Source: a bacterium
GTDB taxonomy: Bacteria > RBG-13-61-14 > DATKZS01
NCBI GenBank assembly: GCA_046484135.1
Contig: JAWOBU010000108.1
Span: forward strand, 1 to 18,996
DNA length: 18,996 bases
Direction: 5' to 3'
In this document: positions 15,932 to 18,996 of the stretch, in pieces
How positions within the stretch are numbered: the stretch's first letter is position 1
Layout of the letters: every line of letters begins with the position of its first letter
Made by a program: the position numbers and the translations under genes
The notes under the pieces: model-generated
The model's input: only the letters and a program-made list of their open reading frames with translations
Told to the model about the DNA's origin: nothing
Databases searched by the model: none

Positions 15932-17131
15932 TTAATGAATATTTTGCTCTATAAGCCTGGAGAGTTTAAGTGCCTCGCGGCACACGTTAAACTCATTTTC
16001 GACCTTAGCCTTGCCCGCGGTCGCCAGTTCCGTTCTCAATTCTTCATCTCCCGCCAACCGCTCTATATGCGCGGCAAGTTCTTGCACGTTTTCCGGCTCC
16101 GCCAAAAGGCCCGTCTTTTCATGTTCGACAAGCTCGGGGATGCCGGAAAGTCGGGTGCTCACGACCGGCACTCCAAGCCACATGGCTTCCATGAGCACGT
16201 TAGGTATGCCGTCCATGTCCCCATTATGGGCACGAACGCAGGGCTGAACAAGCATGGTGGAGGAAGCGATCTCCTGCAAAGTCTCTTCCGGAGACAAAGC
16301 TCCTATAAACTTCACTTCTTCCTGAAGCGAGAGTTGCCGGAGCTCTTCCTGTAAAGCCTCTTCCAGAGGTCCCGACCCGATGATGCGGCATTGCAGCGGA
16401 AGGGCAAGTCGCGGCCTGGCCGAAGACAAGGCCTTTAAGAGATAGGTGAAGCCCTTTTTTTCCACCAGTCTGCCTACTGCGGTTATTCGGACATGGTCTT
16501 CCGGCGGCCGGACTTTTATGTCAAAACGTTCGCCGCGATGTCCGCTGTGAATAACATGAATCTTGTCTTCGGCTTCCGGTAAAGTTTCGATCAAAAGTTT
16601 TTGGTTGTATTTCGTTATTGCGGCAATAAAAGACGCTTCCTGCATTTTCAAGCCAAGCAGTCGCGGGTTCACAAAGATGTCCGCGGCCCGGGCGGTAAAG
16701 CTCCAGGGCGTGCCGGTAAGCCGGGCGAGCACCATGGCGTAGCCGGCCTGGTCCCACGCAAATGTCCCGTGTATCCAGTCGGCGTCCTTTGCGTAATCGT
16801 AAAGATAAGGCACGGCCTTGAAGAGCCGCCAGGCGCCGCGGTGTTTTAACATCCAGGCAAGACCGCGCAGGTAAGGTCTCGGCTCCCGGAAAAGAAGGCG
16901 AAGATGGGCGAGCGCCCTGGCGAGTCCCTTTTTGTAAACCTCTTCCAGGCACAGGACCTTTTCTTCGGGGAGGAGTTCAACTTTAAGGTCGTCTCCGCCA
17001 GGCTTGCGAAGAGATATAAATCGCAAGGTGTGCCCGAGCTTCATAAGCTCGCGGGCCTCCATCCTGATGAAAGACTCGGAAAGACTGGGGTAACGGTCAA
17101 CTATATATATAATCTCCGGTTGTTTTTCCAT
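15932..17131 (-). CDS. GT4 glycosyltransferase (WcaL-like)
   Basis: YPSLSESFI, AVGRLVEKKGF, GDMDGIPNVLMEAMWLGVPVVSTRLSGIPE. ATG 17131 is preferred over TTG 17155. Confidence 0.92.
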   Translation of the reverse strand: MEKQPEIIYIVDRYPSLSESFIRMEARELMKLGHTLRFISLRKPGGDDLKVELLPEEKVLCLEEVYKKGLARALAHLRLLFREPRPYLRGLAWMLKHRGAWRLFKAVPYLYDYAKDADWIHGTFAWDQAGYAMVLARLTGTPWSFTARAADIFVNPRLLGLKMQEASFIAAITKYNQKLLIETLPEAEDKIHVIHSGHRGERFDIKVRPPEDHVRITAVGRLVEKKGFTYLLKALSSARPRLALPLQCRIIGSGPLEEALQEELRQLSLQEEVKFIGALSPEETLQEIASSTMLVQPCVRAHNGDMDGIPNVLMEAMWLGVPVVSTRLSGIPELVEHEKTGLLAEPENVQELAAHIERLAGDEELRTELATAGKAKVENEFNVCREALKLSRLIEQNIH

Positions 17132-17176
17132 GCTTGTGTTCTGATGCCCTCGCAAAAAGTCAAAACAAGCCTTTAG

Positions 17177-17385
17177 AGCTCTGAAAGAGCGACGTACTAT
17201 AGCCCGGGGCGCAAGCCCTGGGAAAAGGTTTCAAGAAAAATGTCTTGCCCTGAAAGGGCAACGTAACATATTGTTGTCCATCTATAATGATGATTTTACC
17301 TCGCGCTTTCAGCGCTCTTTTTTGTTCTATGCTCTCTAACCCAGGGCTTACGCCCTGGGCTATGGAACTACGCCCCTTTGGGGCT
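17177..17385. repeat. Composite REP/BIME-like palindrome array
   Basis: Six hairpins in mirror order: GCTCTGAAAGAGC 17178-17190, AGCCCGGGGCGCAAGCCCTGGG 17201-17222, TTGCCCTGAAAGGGCAA 17245-17261, GCGCTTTCAGCGC 17303-17315, CCCAGGGCTTACGCCCTGGGCT 17340-17361, GCCCCTTTGGGGC 17372-17384. Confidence 0.8.
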
Positions 17386-17453
17386 GTAATTGGACTTTTT
17401 ACAAAGGCTTCTGTTCTCATTAATAGAAACATCTTCCCGAACTTTACCGAGGT

Positions 17454-18746
17454 TTAAAAGACACTCCGGAAGAACAGCTTGGGCTCTGCGGGCGCGACCC
17501 GTAGAGCCTGCCGGAACATTCGGCGCGCTTCTTTTTTCCGTTTTTCTTGCACCAAGTCCTTGCCCAGCCTATAAAAGATACTATAGTAAGGCTCTTCGAG
17601 CAACTTGCGCAGTTCCAATGAACGAATGTACTCGAAGTCGTTCTCGGCAAGGCGAGCCAGGGCAGAGCAAAGTCTTTGCGGGTTTCCCTGGCCGGTGTTC
17701 GCGAACCTTTTTCCGGTCAAGGGGAACATGCCGTGAAGATATACGATCAGGTTCCGGCAGTGGTTCCTCTGCCCTTTGGGGCGCCGGGTCTTCTGGCCTT
17801 TTCCCTCCCGCACCCGGTATTCGCCGGTGATTCGGTCCAGGCCGCCAAGCACGCCGGCGGTGACAAGCCGCAAGTAAAACTCCCAGTCCTCGGTGTAGCG
17901 GAGTGCCTCGCTGTGGCCTCCGATCCTGTCTATCAACTCGCGCCGGTGCATTAAAGGGTTCCGGTTCGGCACCTGGGTCTGCACGCGCCAGGCGGAAAAA
18001 GGGATATCCGCGGAGTATCGCAACTTGCGGGAGACAACCTCGCCGCCCTTTTCGTAAGCCGTCTGTCTTGCTTCATAAAACAACGTAAAGGCTGCTTCCA
18101 AATCGGGCCGGGATTCCAAAAATGTAAAAAGAGAGTCCAAATGATCGGAATAATAAATATCATCGTCATCCAGGTAAGCCACGTATTTTCCACGCGCCAG
18201 ACTTAGACCGGCGTTTAACGCGCCGGCGGTTCCGCGGTGCCGGGCAAGAACATATCTGATCCGCTCGTCTCCATAGTCCCGAAGGGTCTTCTCAACTTCT
18301 CTATCGCCGCCGTCGTTTACTACAATCAGCTCCCATTCCTTCATGCTTTGGGACAATACGCTCTCAACGCTCTCCTTGATCGTCCGAGGCCGGTTATAAG
18401 TCGGCATAATCACGCTTACCAGCGGCGAAGAAGGACCTTCGCCTTCCACATATTCAATACGGTCGGCAGGATCACAGGAATCCATTGACTTAATCTCTTG
18501 CACCTTTTCAAGGTAATAACGGTTTATAATCACGAACACATTGGAGGGGTCCGAAAACTTAAGCCGGTCAAGCAAACGGAAAGAATCATCAAATCTGTCC
18601 TCTCCGGCAAGGCACAAGGCCAGATCGTTTAAAACAATCCAGGAATCCACCGCCTTGGCCTCTTCTTCCAGAAGCTGGGAAGCCTTGGAAAAATCATGGA
18701 CCTCCATGGCGTTGAGCGCTTCCCGGTGCCTGTCAGTAATCTTCAT
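17454..18746 (-). CDS. GT2 glycosyltransferase with TPR-like ends, paralog of 11258-12556
   Basis: PLVSVIMPTYNRP, LIVVNDGG, ARGKYVAYLDDDD, TEDWEFYLRL. The start at ATG 18746 (MKITDRHREAL) aligns with the paralog N-terminus and overlaps the end of the upstream gene. Confidence 0.9.
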   Translation of the reverse strand: MKITDRHREALNAMEVHDFSKASQLLEEEAKAVDSWIVLNDLALCLAGEDRFDDSFRLLDRLKFSDPSNVFVIINRYYLEKVQEIKSMDSCDPADRIEYVEGEGPSSPLVSVIMPTYNRPRTIKESVESVLSQSMKEWELIVVNDGGDREVEKTLRDYGDERIRYVLARHRGTAGALNAGLSLARGKYVAYLDDDDIYYSDHLDSLFTFLESRPDLEAAFTLFYEARQTAYEKGGEVVSRKLRYSADIPFSAWRVQTQVPNRNPLMHRRELIDRIGGHSEALRYTEDWEFYLRLVTAGVLGGLDRITGEYRVREGKGQKTRRPKGQRNHCRNLIVYLHGMFPLTGKRFANTGQGNPQRLCSALARLAENDFEYIRSLELRKLLEEPYYSIFYRLGKDLVQEKRKKEARRMFRQALRVAPAEPKLFFRSVF

Positions 18747-18996
18747 CTTTCTCCTGCCATCTCCTGCAGTAGGATTCCAATCGCGGTACCACCTTATCCT
18801 GGTCCAGGTTATCTTCTGCATACCTCCTGGCGTTTGCCGCCAGCCTTTCCCTTAAAGCAGTATCATTAACGAACCTTTCCACTGCGGAAGCTACGGAAAC
18901 AGGGTCCTCCGGAGATACCAGAAGACCGTTCTTTTCATGCTCGACAAGCTCGACATTGCCCGGGATGTCGGTCGCCACCACCGGCAGGCCCATGGC
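18733..18996 (-). CDS. GT4 glycosyltransferase, C-terminal part (truncated at the right edge)
   Basis: AMGLPVVATDIPGNVELVEHEKNGLLVSPEDP. Confidence 0.88.
   Translation of the reverse strand, partial: AMGLPVVATDIPGNVELVEHEKNGLLVSPEDPVSVASAVERFVNDTALRERLAANARRYAEDNLDQDKVVPRLESYCRRWQEKDEDY

Noticed and set aside
17160..17432. 90-aa minus-strand ORF
   Set aside because: It is simply the translation of the REP array.
18747..18821. N-terminal extension of the GT2 ORF to 18821
   Set aside because: It overlaps the upstream GT4 coding region, and the paralog alignment supports ATG 18746.
1..18996. CRISPR array, tRNA/rRNA, transposase, integrase or reverse transcriptase
   Set aside because: No regularly spaced repeats, cloverleaf or rRNA signatures, or such protein motifs were seen.

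Overview
Bacterial window, probably from an anaerobic, dissimilatory-sulfur-metabolising organism (inferred from dsrD). Every credible gene is on the minus strand. In transcription order, right to left: (1) a surface-glycan or glycoprotein modification cluster with three GT4 glycosyltransferases (one partial), two TPR-flanked GT2 glycosyltransferases, a tandem-domain Kdo/WaaP-type kinase, two paralogous membrane-anchored sulfatase-fold proteins with a Thr (TDPSH) active-site motif, and a decayed C-terminal remnant of a third paralog; (2) a stand-alone dsrD with its own near-consensus sigma70 promoter and terminator and no dsrAB nearby; (3) a Na+/solute symporter coupled to a Tat-exported CxAxR sulfatase; (4) a secreted TPR protein and a 6TM-HAMP histidine kinase, which runs off the left edge and is absent from the ORF track. 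Three intergenic regions are strongly structured: a nested or alternative stem-loop element at 6546-6833, a second multi-stem element at 9369-9503, and a composite REP-type palindrome array at 17177-17385. All calls come from reading motifs by eye; no searches or folding programs were run.
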